Positions 46,222 to 56,231 of a DNA stretch of 64,000 nt are shown in pieces (the first letter of the stretch is position 1; every line of letters begins with the position of its first letter). The notes beneath the pieces are model-generated. The model did no database searches and was not told the origin of the DNA. It saw nothing but the letters and a program-made list of their open reading frames with translations. The position numbers and the translations under genes were made by a program. Source of the DNA: Thermoanaerobaculia bacterium (GTDB lineage Bacteria > Acidobacteriota > Thermoanaerobaculia > Gp7-AA8); assembly GCA_041671505.1 (NCBI GenBank), contig JBAZBK010000010.1, forward strand, positions 46,838 to 110,837. Reading direction: 5' to 3'.

Positions 46222-49008
46222 ATGACCGCAGCCATTCCAATCACCGGCGACGAGGAACGAAATCTCAGCCGCAGGAGGCTCCTCTTCCTCGCCTGCACGC
46301 TCGCGATCGTCGCCGGAAGCGTCGCCCTCCTCTCGCTCCGTATCGAGGCCTGGAACACGCGCGGCACGACGGGGGTGATGTACAACGTCTCGAGCCGTGC
46401 CACTTCGCGCGCGGGCATCCCGGAGTTCATCCGGAAGAACAGCCGCAGCCGCATCGTGATGGTGATGCCCGGCTCGACGGGCGACCGCGCAGGTCTCAAG
46501 GCGGGCGACATCGTGGTGTCGATCGCCGGCGTTCCCGTCGCAGAGCTGGCGACCCGCGATCTGCCGGCAGCGATCGGCACGACGGTCGAGTACCGCGTCA
46601 CGCGCGCGGATCGCGAGCTCGCGTTCGCCGTCCCGCTCGGCGATCCCTTCGCGATCCGCGGCCTCTCCTTCGGGCTCTGGAGCAGCGTCCTCACCGGCTT
46701 CGTCTTCCTCGCGATCAGCAGCCTCGTCTTCTGGACGAAGCCGCGCTCCGAGCGCGCGATGGTCTTCTACTTCATGTGCGCGTCGGCCGCCGTCGTCTTC
46801 GTCCTCTACGGGATCTACGAGATCGAGGCGATGGGACCCGGGCTCCGGCCGATCGGCGTGTCGCCGTCGTTCTGGATCACCTGGGTCGCCTACTCGCTCC
46901 TCGCCATGCTGATGATCTGTCTGCTCGTCCATCTCTCGCTGATCTTCCCGCGCGAGAGGCCGCTTCTCGCGCGGAACCCGAAGCTGCGCGGCTGGATTTA
47001 CGCGATCGGCTTCGGCGGCTTCCTCCTCCCCGGCTCGACGATCGCCGCCGCGATGGCGATCCGCGCCTCCTGGTCGTGGGCCGCGGGCGCAACGCTCCTC
47101 GCCTCTTCGGTCGCGCTCTTCGTCGCGGGCCGGCGCCGCGCGCGCGCCCTGCCGATGCGGCAGTTCCTCGCCAGCCATCCGCTGCTCGTCTCCTCGTCGG
47201 CCGCGCTCGCCTTCGCGTCGCTCGGCTCGGTGATCGACCATCTTCCCCGCGGCGCCGCGATGGTCGTCGGCATCGGCTTCGTCCTCGTGGTGCTCCTCGT
47301 CTTTCTCGTCGTGCTCGCCCTCTACTCGGTGGCGACCTGCGTCTTCCTCTACCGCGGCTACCGCGACGCCGACGTCGAGGAGAAGCGCCAGGTGCGCTGG
47401 CCGCTCTGGGGAACGATCCTGTCGATCGGCTCGGTCGGCCTCTTCACGCTCGCGATCGTCATCTGGAACCTTCACGCCGACGCGCCGACACCGATGTCTC
47501 ACTACGCGAGCGCGGCGGTAAAGCTCCTCTACCTGATCATCCCGCTCTCGTTCGCCTTCGGCATCCTCCGCTACCGGGTGATGGACATCGACGTCATCAT
47601 CCGGAAGACGGTCGTCTACGGCGCGGCGACGGGGATCATCGTCGCCGCCTACCTCGCGGTCGTCGGCGGCGCGGGGGCGCTCTTCGTCCAGATGTCGGGC
47701 GTGACGAGCCAGCTCGCGACGATCGCCGGCACGCTCGCGATCGCCGCGCTCTTCATCCCGCTGCGCAATCGCCTGCAGCGCTTCGTCGACCGGCGCTTCT
47801 TCCGCACGAAGTACGACTACCCGCAGGCGCTCGACGCGATCGGCGACGCGGCAGCCTCGGGAGGCGACCATGCCACGGTGCTGCGGACGATCGCGGCGAC
47901 GCTCCAGCAGGCGCTGCAGAACCGCTCGGTCACGATCTTCGCGCGCGACGAGGGCTCGCAGTCGCTCATGCCGCGGGCGTCGATCGGCGTCCCGCGCGAG
48001 ATCGTCGAGAAGACGCGCCTCGCCCCGCGGCGGAGCTACGCCGAGCCGGAGCCCCCGATCGTCCCGCTCGCCGACGCGGAGCTCTCCGAATCGGAGCGCG
48101 GAAAGTACCGGAAGTTAGGCGCGGTGATGCTCGCCCCCGTGCGCCTCGACGGCGCGACGATCGGCGTCGTGACGCTCGGCGCAAAGCTCGCCAGCGACGC
48201 GTGGGGCGAGGACGACGCGGAGTTCCTCACCGCGGCGTCGCGGCAGATCGCCTTCGCCCTCGAGGCGTCGCGCGCCCGCATCGACGACTCGGAGCTGCGC
48301 GGTGCGCGGGAGATCCAGGAGGCGCTGCTGCCGAAGTCGATCGCGCAGCTCCCCGGCTTCTCGATCTCCGGCGTCTGGCTCCCCGCGCGCACGATGGGAG
48401 GCGACTACTTCGACGTCCTTCCGCTCGGCCCGGGGCGCGCCGGCGTCTGCATCGCCGACGTCGTCGGCAAGGGAATGAGCGCGGCGATCCTGATGTCGGG
48501 GCTCCAGGCCTCGGTGCGCGCGCTCGCCCCCGAAGCGGCCTCGACCGCGGAGCTCTGCGCGAAGGTGAGGCGGCTCGTCTCGGGCAATCTCTCGGGCGGC
48601 AAGTTCATCACCTTCTTCTACGGCGAGATCGACGCGGCGCGGCGGACGTTCCGCTACTCGAACGCGGGGCACAACCCGCCGCTGCTCGTGAAGCAGGGCG
48701 CCGAGGAGGCGCGATCGCTCCACGAGGGAGGCCACGCGATCGCGCGCCTCTTCGCTGGATCGGCGATCGAGTCGGCCGAGGTGGCGCTCGGGGCGGGCGA
48801 CGCGATCGTGCTTTACACCGACGGGGTGACGGAGGCGTCGAGCGCCGAGGGGGAGCAGTTCGGCGAGGAACGGCTGACGCGCCTCGTGGCGAGGCAGCTC
48901 GAGCGCGACGCGGCGGGCATCCAGAACGCGATCCTCGAAGCGCTCGGCGCCTGGACCGACGGCGAGGCACAGGACGACATCACTCTGCTCATCGTGAAGG
49001 CGGAGTAG
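46222..49008 (+). CDS. Membrane sensor Ser/Thr phosphatase: PDZ - multi-TM - GAF - PP2C (SpoIIE/RsbU-type)
   Basis: PDZ (IVMVMPGSTGDRAGLKAGDIVVSIAGVPV), about 10 TM helices, GAF (VTLGAKLASDAWGEDDAEFL...), PP2C (GGDYFDV...CIADVVGKGMSAAILMSGL...YTDGVTEA...DDITLLIV). Start at ATG 46222. Confidence 0.75.
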   Translation: MTAAIPITGDEERNLSRRRLLFLACTLAIVAGSVALLSLRIEAWNTRGTTGVMYNVSSRATSRAGIPEFIRKNSRSRIVMVMPGSTGDRAGLKAGDIVVSIAGVPVAELATRDLPAAIGTTVEYRVTRADRELAFAVPLGDPFAIRGLSFGLWSSVLTGFVFLAISSLVFWTKPRSERAMVFYFMCASAAVVFVLYGIYEIEAMGPGLRPIGVSPSFWITWVAYSLLAMLMICLLVHLSLIFPRERPLLARNPKLRGWIYAIGFGGFLLPGSTIAAAMAIRASWSWAAGATLLASSVALFVAGRRRARALPMRQFLASHPLLVSSSAALAFASLGSVIDHLPRGAAMVVGIGFVLVVLLVFLVVLALYSVATCVFLYRGYRDADVEEKRQVRWPLWGTILSIGSVGLFTLAIVIWNLHADAPTPMSHYASAAVKLLYLIIPLSFAFGILRYRVMDIDVIIRKTVVYGAATGIIVAAYLAVVGGAGALFVQMSGVTSQLATIAGTLAIAALFIPLRNRLQRFVDRRFFRTKYDYPQALDAIGDAAASGGDHATVLRTIAATLQQALQNRSVTIFARDEGSQSLMPRASIGVPREIVEKTRLAPRRSYAEPEPPIVPLADAELSESERGKYRKLGAVMLAPVRLDGATIGVVTLGAKLASDAWGEDDAEFLTAASRQIAFALEASRARIDDSELRGAREIQEALLPKSIAQLPGFSISGVWLPARTMGGDYFDVLPLGPGRAGVCIADVVGKGMSAAILMSGLQASVRALAPEAASTAELCAKVRRLVSGNLSGGKFITFFYGEIDAARRTFRYSNAGHNPPLLVKQGAEEARSLHEGGHAIARLFAGSAIESAEVALGAGDAIVLYTDGVTEASSAEGEQFGEERLTRLVARQLERDAAGIQNAILEALGAWTDGEAQDDITLLIVKAE

Positions 49009-49054
49009 AGGCGCTTCGAGCTGCGACGCCCGAGGGGAGTGTCGTCGCCACGAC

Positions 49055-49195
49055 TGACCTCCCGAAGCGAGGGAAGGAGGAGGGATCTCGCAGGCTGGCA
49101 TTCACGGGCCGCGAGACAGAGAATCTCCGACGAACCTCAACTGTACCAGCCTGCGAGATCCCTCCTCCCTCGCGCCGCTCGGTCGTCGGGATGAC
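49055..49195. mobile_element. MITE-like palindromic element, copy M4 (diverged)
   Basis: ctgacctcccgaagcgagggaaggaggagggatctcgcaggctgg ... ccagcctgcgagatccctcctccctcgcgccgctcggtcgtcgggatgac (about 35-bp arms, ends ...gggatgac). Confidence 0.4.
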
Positions 49196-49302
49196 AATCC
49201 GCACGCTCATGGACGATGGCGCGAGCCTCGCCGTCTCATGGAGTTTGTTCCCCAGTTGGCGCGGTGGCCGCTCAGGAGGAGGACTTCGGAATGACCGCTT
49301 CG

Positions 49303-50023
49303 CTACTTCCTGTGCTTCGCCATCGCGCACTCCTTCGCCTTCGCGTCGATCGAGGAAAGGATCGACTGCTGTGCGTCGTAGAACTCGAGCTGAATCTGGT
49401 CGTCGAGGCGGGTGACGATCGCGTCGATCGCCGCTCCGCGCGCCGTCCGGTAGGCCGAACCGGCGTCGCTCTCGAGGAGCGCGGTCAGCTTCGGCGTCAT
49501 CGTTGGCTGTGACGTCGCGAGTCCGAGCCCCACGCGCCACGACTCGTACGCCTTCGTGAACGCGGCGGTTCCGATCTTCAGGTCCGGGTTCTGCTCCGCG
49601 AAGAGGACGCCGAGGTGGACCGCGTCGCAGACCGCGGGGTACGCCTTCGTCCCCGAGGCCTCGAGCGCTTCGTGCATCGTCTCCGTCTTCGCTGCGTCGA
49701 GTGTTGCGAATTTGTGGCGGACGATCTCCATCGCAGCTGCGTCGGCAACGACGGCGGCTGCCCACGCGTCGATCCTCTTCATCATCGCGTCGCGCGCCGC
49801 ATCCCAGTGCGGGTCGCTCTTCTTCCACGCCGCGCTCGGCTTCACCGAGAGCGGCGCGCTGCCCATGAGCTCGTCGACACGCGCGCTCCACGTCGCCCGC
49901 GCGACCTTCGTCGCGATCGCGGAAACCGCGGGAAGCGACTCGTCGGCCAGCGACTCCGCGTCGCCGGCGGCGCTCACCGCTCGGGTAACGAGCATCAGAG
50001 ACGCGAGCATGACGACGGCCAGT
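49303..50023 (-). CDS. Secreted hypothetical protein
   Basis: Start at ATG 50023 (MTRRLAVVMLASLMLVTRAVSAAGD, signal peptide). Alanine-rich helical protein of ~240 aa. The long ORF upstream is an artefact. Confidence 0.45.
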
Positions 50024-50105
50024 CTCCTCGTCATCGGGTCACCTCGTCGTGTCGATGCGCAAGCATACGGGGTGTCATCGCATGCGGGTCGTTCGCGCAG
50101 CGAAG

Positions 50106-50486
50106 TCACTCGACGCGGACGTGCCCGGCGCCGGCGAGCGCCTCGAGCGCGGCGTCGAGCGAGGCGCGCTTGACCAGCACGAAGTCGGTGTCGAAGGTCG
50201 ACATCGCGAAGATGCCGATTCGCGCCGCTGCGAGCGGGGCGATGAATGACGAGAGGATGCCGGTCAGCTCGAATGGAAACGGCCCTTCGAGCTCGAGCAT
50301 CGCCCAGCCGCGCTCGTGGCGAACGTCCGGCGGAACGAGCGAGGCGTCGCAGACGATCGAAAGTTCCCGCGTCGCGCGCGTCACCGAGGTGAAGGAGCCG
50401 CCGGAAGCCCACACCGGAATCGCGGCGTCGGGTTCGAGTCGCGCGATGGCGAGCTCGGTGTCGTGTACGCGGTAGCGAAGGGACAT
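50106..50486 (-). CDS. ACT-domain protein (ACT_7-like)
   Basis: 126 aa ...ASGGSFTSVTRATRELSIVCDASLVP...FDTDFVLVKRASLDAALEAL... Confidence 0.45.
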   Translation of the reverse strand: MSLRYRVHDTELAIARLEPDAAIPVWASGGSFTSVTRATRELSIVCDASLVPPDVRHERGWAMLELEGPFPFELTGILSSFIAPLAAARIGIFAMSTFDTDFVLVKRASLDAALEALAGAGHVRVE

Positions 50487-50682
50487 GCGTCGGGCTCATT
50501 CCATGTCGCGCCGCTGAAGCGGCGCCGTTCATCGTTTGCGCCGACGTTTCCCCCGGTCTTCGACCGGGGGCTAAGTTCGGCCGTCGCTACGCGACGCAAG
50601 AACAAGAAGTAGTTGGCGCTGGCTTGTCTAACAACCAACGACCAACAACTAACAACTCACCACCACCCTCGAACAACCAACC

Positions 50683-51039
50683 CTACGCCTTCCGGTGCTC
50701 CGCCCTGACGATCGTCTTGATCCCGCCGCGGACGTAGAAGTCGCCTTCGACGAGCATCCAGCGCGGGTCGGTGGCGGCGACGAGGTCGTCGAGGATGCGG
50801 TTGGTCACCGCCTCGTGGAACGCTCCCTCGTCGCGGAACGACCAGAGGTAGAGCTTGAGCGACTTGAGCTCGACGCACTTCTGGTCGGGGGTGTAGCGGA
50901 TGCGGATCGTCGCGAAGTCGGGCTGGCCGGTCTTCGGGCAGAGGCAGGTGAACTCGGGGGACTCGAACGAGATCTCGTAGTCGCGCCCGGGGCGCGGGTT
51001 GGGAAACGTCTCGATGTCTTTGGAAGGGATCGTCGTCAT
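50683..51039 (-). CDS. queF: NADPH-dependent 7-cyano-7-deazaguanine reductase QueF (type I)
   Basis: ...[21 protein letters not shown]... has the catalytic Cys and the QueF motif. 118 aa. Confidence 0.85.
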   Translation of the reverse strand: MTTIPSKDIETFPNPRPGRDYEISFESPEFTCLCPKTGQPDFATIRIRYTPDQKCVELKSLKLYLWSFRDEGAFHEAVTNRILDDLVAATDPRWMLVEGDFYVRGGIKTIVRAEHRKA

Positions 51040-51048
51040 TCGGAAACG

Positions 51049-52503
51049 CTACTTCTTCACCTGACCCATCAGCTTCTGGTTCAGTTCCTTGATGCGTTCC
51101 TGCATCTGGTTGATCTTCTGCTGGGCCTCGGCGCGCAGCCTCTCGTTCTCGGCGCGGAGCTTGATGATCTCCTGGTCCTTCTCGGCGCCGTCGCCGCCCC
51201 CCTCGCGCGCCTGCTGGACCTTCCACTCGAGATCGTGCTTGAGGTTCTCGATCTCCTGGTCCTTCTCCATCATCCGCATCCGGAACTTGTCTTCCTGCTC
51301 CTCGTGGAGCTTCTTGATGTCCATCAGCTCCATGATCTGTGAGAAATCGGAGTAGCTCGGCACGTCTTCACCTCCCTGGCGAACGCGATCCTCGATCGCG
51401 GGAAACATCTTCCGCAGCTTGAGCGAGAGATCCTCGGGGTCGCTCGAGATCTCCATCGCGTGCTTGTACGTGACCTTCTGGTGGACCAGCAGCGCGAGGA
51501 GCGACTGGTTCATCGTCTGCATCTTGTAGTAGCCGACGGAGCCCTCCATCTCCTCGAGGATCTCCTTCGTGTTCCCCTCTTCGATCAGCTTCGCGATCTT
51601 CGGCGAGTTCCGGAGGATCTCGACGACAGCGGTCAGCTTCCCTTCGATCGTCTTCACCAGCTTCAGCGAGATGATGCCGCGAAGGACGAGCGAAAGCTGC
51701 GAGCGGATCTGCTTGTGCTGCTCCGGAGGGAACGCGTCGATGAGACGGTCGACCGTCTGCGCCGCGTTGTTCGTGTGGAGCGTGGAGAAGACGAGGTGGC
51801 CGGTCTCGGCCGCCGTGAGGACCGTCTGCATCGTGTCGCGGTCGCGCATCTCGCCGACCATCACGACGTCGGGATCCTGGCGCATCGCGTTCTTGAGCGC
51901 CTCACTGAAGCTCGGTGTGTCGGTGCCGACTTCGCGCTGCGAGATCGCGGCGATGCGGTCGGTGAAGAGGAACTCGATCGGATCCTCGACCGTGACGATG
52001 TGGAGCGGCTCGTGCGCGGCGATCTCGAAGATCATCGCCGCGAGTGTCGTCGACTTGCCCGACCCGGTCGGCCCCGTGACGAGGACGAGCCCGTCGGGCT
52101 GCGTCGAGAGGTCGCGCACCGCTTCGGGCAACTCGAGGTCGTCGATGCCGATGATCTGGATCGGGATGCGGCGGAAAACTCCCGCGACCGTTCCGCGCTG
52201 CCTGTAGATGTTTCCGCGGAAGCGCGCGACGCCGGGAACGCCGTAGCCGAGGTCGAGCGCCTGGTGGATCTCGAACTTCTCCCGCTGCGCCTGGTTGAGG
52301 AGCGGAAGGAGCATCCTCTCGAGGTCGGCGGGTTTCAGCGGATCCGACTTGACCGGCACCAGCTTGCCGCCGATACGGAGCAGCGGCGGACGCATCGGCT
52401 TGAGGTGGAGATCGGACGCCTTCTGCTGCTCCATGAAGATCAGCAGGTCGTTCAGCGTGAGCTGTGCGGCCGGCGCTGCGCCGGGCTGGCTCGTATCGGT
52501 CAA
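51049..52503 (-). CDS. PilT/PilU-family type IV pilus retraction-type ATPase with a ~120-aa C-terminal coiled-coil extension
   Basis: PilT N-terminus (LNDLLIFMEQQKASDLHL), Walker A LVLVTGPTGSGKSTTLAAM, Asp/His boxes, then ...EDKFRMRMMEKDQEIENLKHDLEWKVQQ...RLRAEAQQKINQMQERIKELNQKL. Confidence 0.8.
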   Translation of the reverse strand: MTDTSQPGAAPAAQLTLNDLLIFMEQQKASDLHLKPMRPPLLRIGGKLVPVKSDPLKPADLERMLLPLLNQAQREKFEIHQALDLGYGVPGVARFRGNIYRQRGTVAGVFRRIPIQIIGIDDLELPEAVRDLSTQPDGLVLVTGPTGSGKSTTLAAMIFEIAAHEPLHIVTVEDPIEFLFTDRIAAISQREVGTDTPSFSEALKNAMRQDPDVVMVGEMRDRDTMQTVLTAAETGHLVFSTLHTNNAAQTVDRLIDAFPPEQHKQIRSQLSLVLRGIISLKLVKTIEGKLTAVVEILRNSPKIAKLIEEGNTKEILEEMEGSVGYYKMQTMNQSLLALLVHQKVTYKHAMEISSDPEDLSLKLRKMFPAIEDRVRQGGEDVPSYSDFSQIMELMDIKKLHEEQEDKFRMRMMEKDQEIENLKHDLEWKVQQAREGGGDGAEKDQEIIKLRAENERLRAEAQQKINQMQERIKELNQKLMGQVKK

Positions 52504-52586
52504 TTTGTTCTCCAGCTGTGGCTCTCGGCGCCCGGAAGGCGGACGCCCTCCATATGTTGCACGTCAGCGAAACGACATGCAAGGAG

Positions 52587-52964
52587 TCACTTGCGCATGA
52601 TCGAGTCGAGGATCATCAGGAACGCCTCCTGCTGCTTCGGCTCGGTCTTGTTGATCACCGCGATCGTGTCGCCGATCCGGAAGCGCTCGTGGAGCTCCTT
52701 CGCGTCGTGCGACGAGGTGACGATGATCTTCTTGGCGGGGAGCCCCTTCTGGCGCGCGTAGGCGACGAACTTCTGCCCGTCCATCCCCGGCATCTCGAGG
52801 TCGACGATCAGAAGGTCGATCGTCTCGTCGATGTGCGGCAGCGCGTCGTACGGGTGCGTGTACTTCTCGACCTTCGCGGCGCCGCCGTAGCGCTCCGCGA
52901 GAATGTTCTCCCACAGATCGCAGAAGGCGCATGAATCGTCGACGATGACGACCCGTTTCGGCAT
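52587..52964 (-). CDS. Single-domain response regulator (CheY-like receiver)
   Basis: VVIVDDS...DLLIVDLEMPGMDG...KIIVTSS has the conserved phospho-acceptor and T/K residues. Confidence 0.75.
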   Translation of the reverse strand: MPKRVVIVDDSCAFCDLWENILAERYGGAAKVEKYTHPYDALPHIDETIDLLIVDLEMPGMDGQKFVAYARQKGLPAKKIIVTSSHDAKELHERFRIGDTIAVINKTEPKQQEAFLMILDSIMRK

Positions 52965-52967
52965 TCG

Positions 52968-54305
52968 CTAGCGGCGCGCGGCACGGGCCTTCGCGGCCCG
53001 CGGGCGTGCCTTCTCCCCTTCGGCCGCGGCCGCGCGGGCATCGTGGCGGACGACGCCGCCGACCACCGTCGCGACCACGCGCGTTCCGAGAGTCCGTCCG
53101 CGCCACGGAGAGTTCATCGACCGCGAGCGGAACGACGCGAACTCGGTCGAGCCGTCGAGGTCGATCACGGCGACGTCTCCCGGACTCCCCGGCTTGAGCG
53201 TCCCGCCCGGCAGGTTGAAGAGCTTCGCGGGGCGGCACGACATCAGGTCGACGAGCTGCGCGAGCTTGATCGCCTTCGATTTCACGAGCACCTCGTGGCA
53301 GACGGCAAACGCCGTCTCGAGGCCGATGATGCCGAACGGCGCGAGGTCGAACTCGACCCGCTTCTCGTCGGGATGATGCGGCGCGTGATCGGTGGCGATC
53401 GCGTCGATCGTCCCGTCCTTGATCGCCTCGATCAGCGCGAGGCGATGGTTCTCCGAGCGGAGGGGCGGGTTCATCTTGAGGTTCGTCGAGAACGACTGCA
53501 CCGACTCGTCGGTGAGCGCCAGGTGATGCGGCGTGACTTCGCAGCTCACGCCGAGCCCGCGCGCCTTCGCGCGGCGGACCGCTTCGATCGCGCCGTTGGT
53601 CGACAGGTGCGCCACGTGCAGCCTTCCACCCGTCAGCTCGACGAGATGGATGTCGCGCGAAGTGAGGATCTCCTCGCCCGCGGCGGGAACACCCTTCATG
53701 CCGAGGAGCGTCGAGAAGTAGCCCTCGTGCATGACGGCGCCTTCGGCGAGGTGGACGTCCTCCTCGTGAGCGATGACCGGGACGCCGAGCATCCGCGCGT
53801 AGTCGAGCGCCGCGCGCATCAGCTTCGAGTTCGTCACCGGCTTGCCGTCGTCGGAAAACGCGACGCATCCGGCGCCGCGGAGGTCGGCCATCTCGGCGAG
53901 CTCCAGGCCGGCGAGGCCCTTCGACACGGCGCCGATCGGATAGACGCGGCAGACGCCGTTGCGCTGCGCCTCGGCGACGACCATCTCAGTGACCGAGCGC
54001 TCGTCGTTAGGCGGCGCGGTGTTCGCCATCGCGCAGACCGACGTGTAGCCGCCGGCGACGGCCGACTGCGTCCCGGTGCGGATCGTCTCCTTGTGCTCCT
54101 GCCCCGGCTCGCGCAGGTGCGTGTGGAGGTCGACGAGGCCGGGGACGACGATGCAGCCGGAGGCGTCGATGGTGACGACGCCCCTGCCGGCCTTCAAGCC
54201 CGGCCCGATCTTCGCGACCACCCCGTCCTCGACGAGGACGTCCGACGCGCGGTCGATGTTCTGTGACGGGTCGACGACCCTTCCGTTGGCGATCAGCACG
54301 TTCAT
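52968..54305 (-). CDS. pyrC: Dihydroorotase (class I)
   Basis: ...[16 protein letters not shown]... metal-binding motifs. 445 aa with a short Ala/Arg-rich C-terminal tail. Confidence 0.85.
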   Translation of the reverse strand: MNVLIANGRVVDPSQNIDRASDVLVEDGVVAKIGPGLKAGRGVVTIDASGCIVVPGLVDLHTHLREPGQEHKETIRTGTQSAVAGGYTSVCAMANTAPPNDERSVTEMVVAEAQRNGVCRVYPIGAVSKGLAGLELAEMADLRGAGCVAFSDDGKPVTNSKLMRAALDYARMLGVPVIAHEEDVHLAEGAVMHEGYFSTLLGMKGVPAAGEEILTSRDIHLVELTGGRLHVAHLSTNGAIEAVRRAKARGLGVSCEVTPHHLALTDESVQSFSTNLKMNPPLRSENHRLALIEAIKDGTIDAIATDHAPHHPDEKRVEFDLAPFGIIGLETAFAVCHEVLVKSKAIKLAQLVDLMSCRPAKLFNLPGGTLKPGSPGDVAVIDLDGSTEFASFRSRSMNSPWRGRTLGTRVVATVVGGVVRHDARAAAAEGEKARPRAAKARAARR

Positions 54306-54315
54306 CGGATGCCCC

Positions 54316-55263
54316 TCACGATTCCTGCAGGTGCCCGCCCGCGAGCAGGTAGAGAACCGCCATGCGGACGGCGACGCCGTTGGTGACCTGGTCGAGGATC
54401 ACCGACGCCGGGCCGTCGGCGACGTCGGAGGAGATCTCGACGCCGCGGTTCATCGGCCCGGGGTGCATGACGATCGCGCCATCGTTCGCGCGGCGCAGCC
54501 GCTCGGGGGTGAGCCCGAAGGTGTTGAAGTATTCGCGCAGTGACGGGAAGGTCGTCTTGCTCTGACGCTCGAGCTGGATCCGGAGCATCATCACGACGTC
54601 GGCTCCCTCGAGCGCCTCGTCGAGCGAGTGGACGACGCGGACACCCATCTTCTCGATCTCGGCCGGCATGAGCGTCGGCGGCGAGGCGAGCGTGACGTTC
54701 GCCTTCATCTTCGTCAGCAGGTGGATGTTCGAGCGGACCACGCGCGAGTGCGCGATGTCGCCGATGATCGAGACGTTTACGCCCGAGAGGCGGCCGAGTC
54801 GCTCCCGTATCGTGAACGCGTCGAGCAGCGCCTGCGTCGGGTGCTCGTGCGCCCCGTCTCCCGCGTTGATGATCGACGCGGGCAGGAGGTCGGCGAGCAT
54901 CTTCGGCGAGCCGGGATGCTTGTGCCGGATGACGATCATGTCGGGCTGCATCGCCATCAGGTTCTCGGCCGTATCGAGCAGCGTCTCGCCCTTCTCGACG
55001 GAAGAGCCGGAGGCGGAGAAGTTGAGCGTGTCGGCGGAGAGGCGCTTCTCGGCGATCTCGAACGACACGCGGGTGCGCGTCGATGCCTCCATGAAGAGGT
55101 TGATCACCAGTTGCCCGCGAAGCGTCGGGACCTTCTTGATCGGACGCTCGCTGACTTCGCGAAAGCCTTCTGCCGTGTCCAGGATCAGCGAGATCTCTTC
55201 GGGTGTGAGCGGCTCGATGCCGAGAAGATCCTTCGAGCGGAGCGCTGTGGCCTGCGATCTCAT
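54316..55263 (-). CDS. pyrB: Aspartate carbamoyltransferase catalytic subunit
   Basis: ...[13 protein letters not shown]... (STRT carbamoyl-phosphate motif) plus HPxQ-type motifs. Confidence 0.9.
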   Translation of the reverse strand: MRSQATALRSKDLLGIEPLTPEEISLILDTAEGFREVSERPIKKVPTLRGQLVINLFMEASTRTRVSFEIAEKRLSADTLNFSASGSSVEKGETLLDTAENLMAMQPDMIVIRHKHPGSPKMLADLLPASIINAGDGAHEHPTQALLDAFTIRERLGRLSGVNVSIIGDIAHSRVVRSNIHLLTKMKANVTLASPPTLMPAEIEKMGVRVVHSLDEALEGADVVMMLRIQLERQSKTTFPSLREYFNTFGLTPERLRRANDGAIVMHPGPMNRGVEISSDVADGPASVILDQVTNGVAVRMAVLYLLAGGHLQES

Positions 55264-55269
55264 GGGCGG

Positions 55270-55806
55270 CTACTTCTCCATCAGGAGGACTTCGTCCTCC
55301 CCGTCGGTCTCCTGCAGCTTGACCTTGATGACCTCGGAGGCGTCGGTCGGGATGACCTGCCCGGTGTAGTCGGCGTGGATCGGAAGCTCGCGGTGCCCGC
55401 GGTCGATCAGCACGGCGAGCTGGACCGCGCGAGGCCGGCCGTAGTCGATGAGCGCGTCGAACGCCGCGCGAACCGTGCGGCCCGTGTAGAGCACGTCGTC
55501 GATCAGAACGATCGTCTTCCCCTCGATCGCGCAGGGAAAGTGGCTCGGCTTGACGAGCGGCTGCGGTGCGACCGTCGTCAGGTCGTCGCGGTAGAGCGTG
55601 ATGTCGAGAATGCCGAGCGGCACTTCGACGCCTTCCGCATCCTTGATGTGCTTGACGATCCGCTCTGCGATCGGGACGCCGCGGCTCCGGATACCGGTGA
55701 TGACGAGGTTGTCGGTCCCCTTGTTGCGCTCGACGATCTCGATCGCGAGCCGGTGGATGGTACGGTTCAGCCGCGCCCCGTCGAGGAGTCGCTTCTTCAT
55801 CTTCAT
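55270..55806 (-). CDS. pyrR: Bifunctional pyrimidine operon regulator / uracil phosphoribosyltransferase PyrR
   Basis: [30 protein letters not shown]...[16 protein letters not shown] (PRPP motif). Start at ATG 55806. The upstream part of the ORF is the leader. Confidence 0.85.
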   Translation of the reverse strand: MKMKKRLLDGARLNRTIHRLAIEIVERNKGTDNLVITGIRSRGVPIAERIVKHIKDAEGVEVPLGILDITLYRDDLTTVAPQPLVKPSHFPCAIEGKTIVLIDDVLYTGRTVRAAFDALIDYGRPRAVQLAVLIDRGHRELPIHADYTGQVIPTDASEVIKVKLQETDGEDEVLLMEK

Positions 55807-56166
55807 GATTGTCTTCTCCGGATGGTGATCGGGCGGGATCGCACGACGGCCGCGAGAATAACAGATGAGATGCGCCAGACAAAGACGTCGGCTGCGTCTC
55901 GCCTCGCGTCGCTCGGTCGCGTCGCCCGACAGGCTCCTGAGCCCCTTCGGAAAGTCACTCTGAACCGTGATTCTCGTCATGGCCGATACGGAAATCCGGA
56001 ACGACGATACGCGAAACAAAGCACTGAGCCAGCACCACTTATGGCGTTATAGCATATTTTTCCGAATCGAGTGTTCAGCTATTTGAACGAGTTCGCAAAG
56101 CATTGACAAACCAACTACTTAAGCCTCGAATATTCCAATACTCTAGGATTTCCTACCAACTTTTGA

Positions 56167-56194
56167 TTGACAGCCCCGGGTCGTTACATAGAAT
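56167..56194 (+). promoter_or_regulatory. Candidate sigma70-type promoter for the M23 peptidase gene, inside an unusually AT-rich divergent region
   Basis: TTGACA (56167-56172), a 16-nt spacer, then TAGAAT (56189-56194). GGGAG RBS before ATG 56232. The 56020-56231 region is much less GC-rich than the rest of the window. Confidence 0.35.
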
Positions 56195-56231
56195 AGCGCG
56201 GTCCTGAGGGGTTTTTCGGGAGCACAACCGA

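Noticed and set aside
45912-49415. 1167-aa plus-strand ORF (Arg-rich) and the 46045..47871 minus-strand ORF
   Set aside because: Both are alternative-frame or antisense to the well-supported PDZ-GAF-PP2C gene. Their composition is dominated by R, G, A and P.
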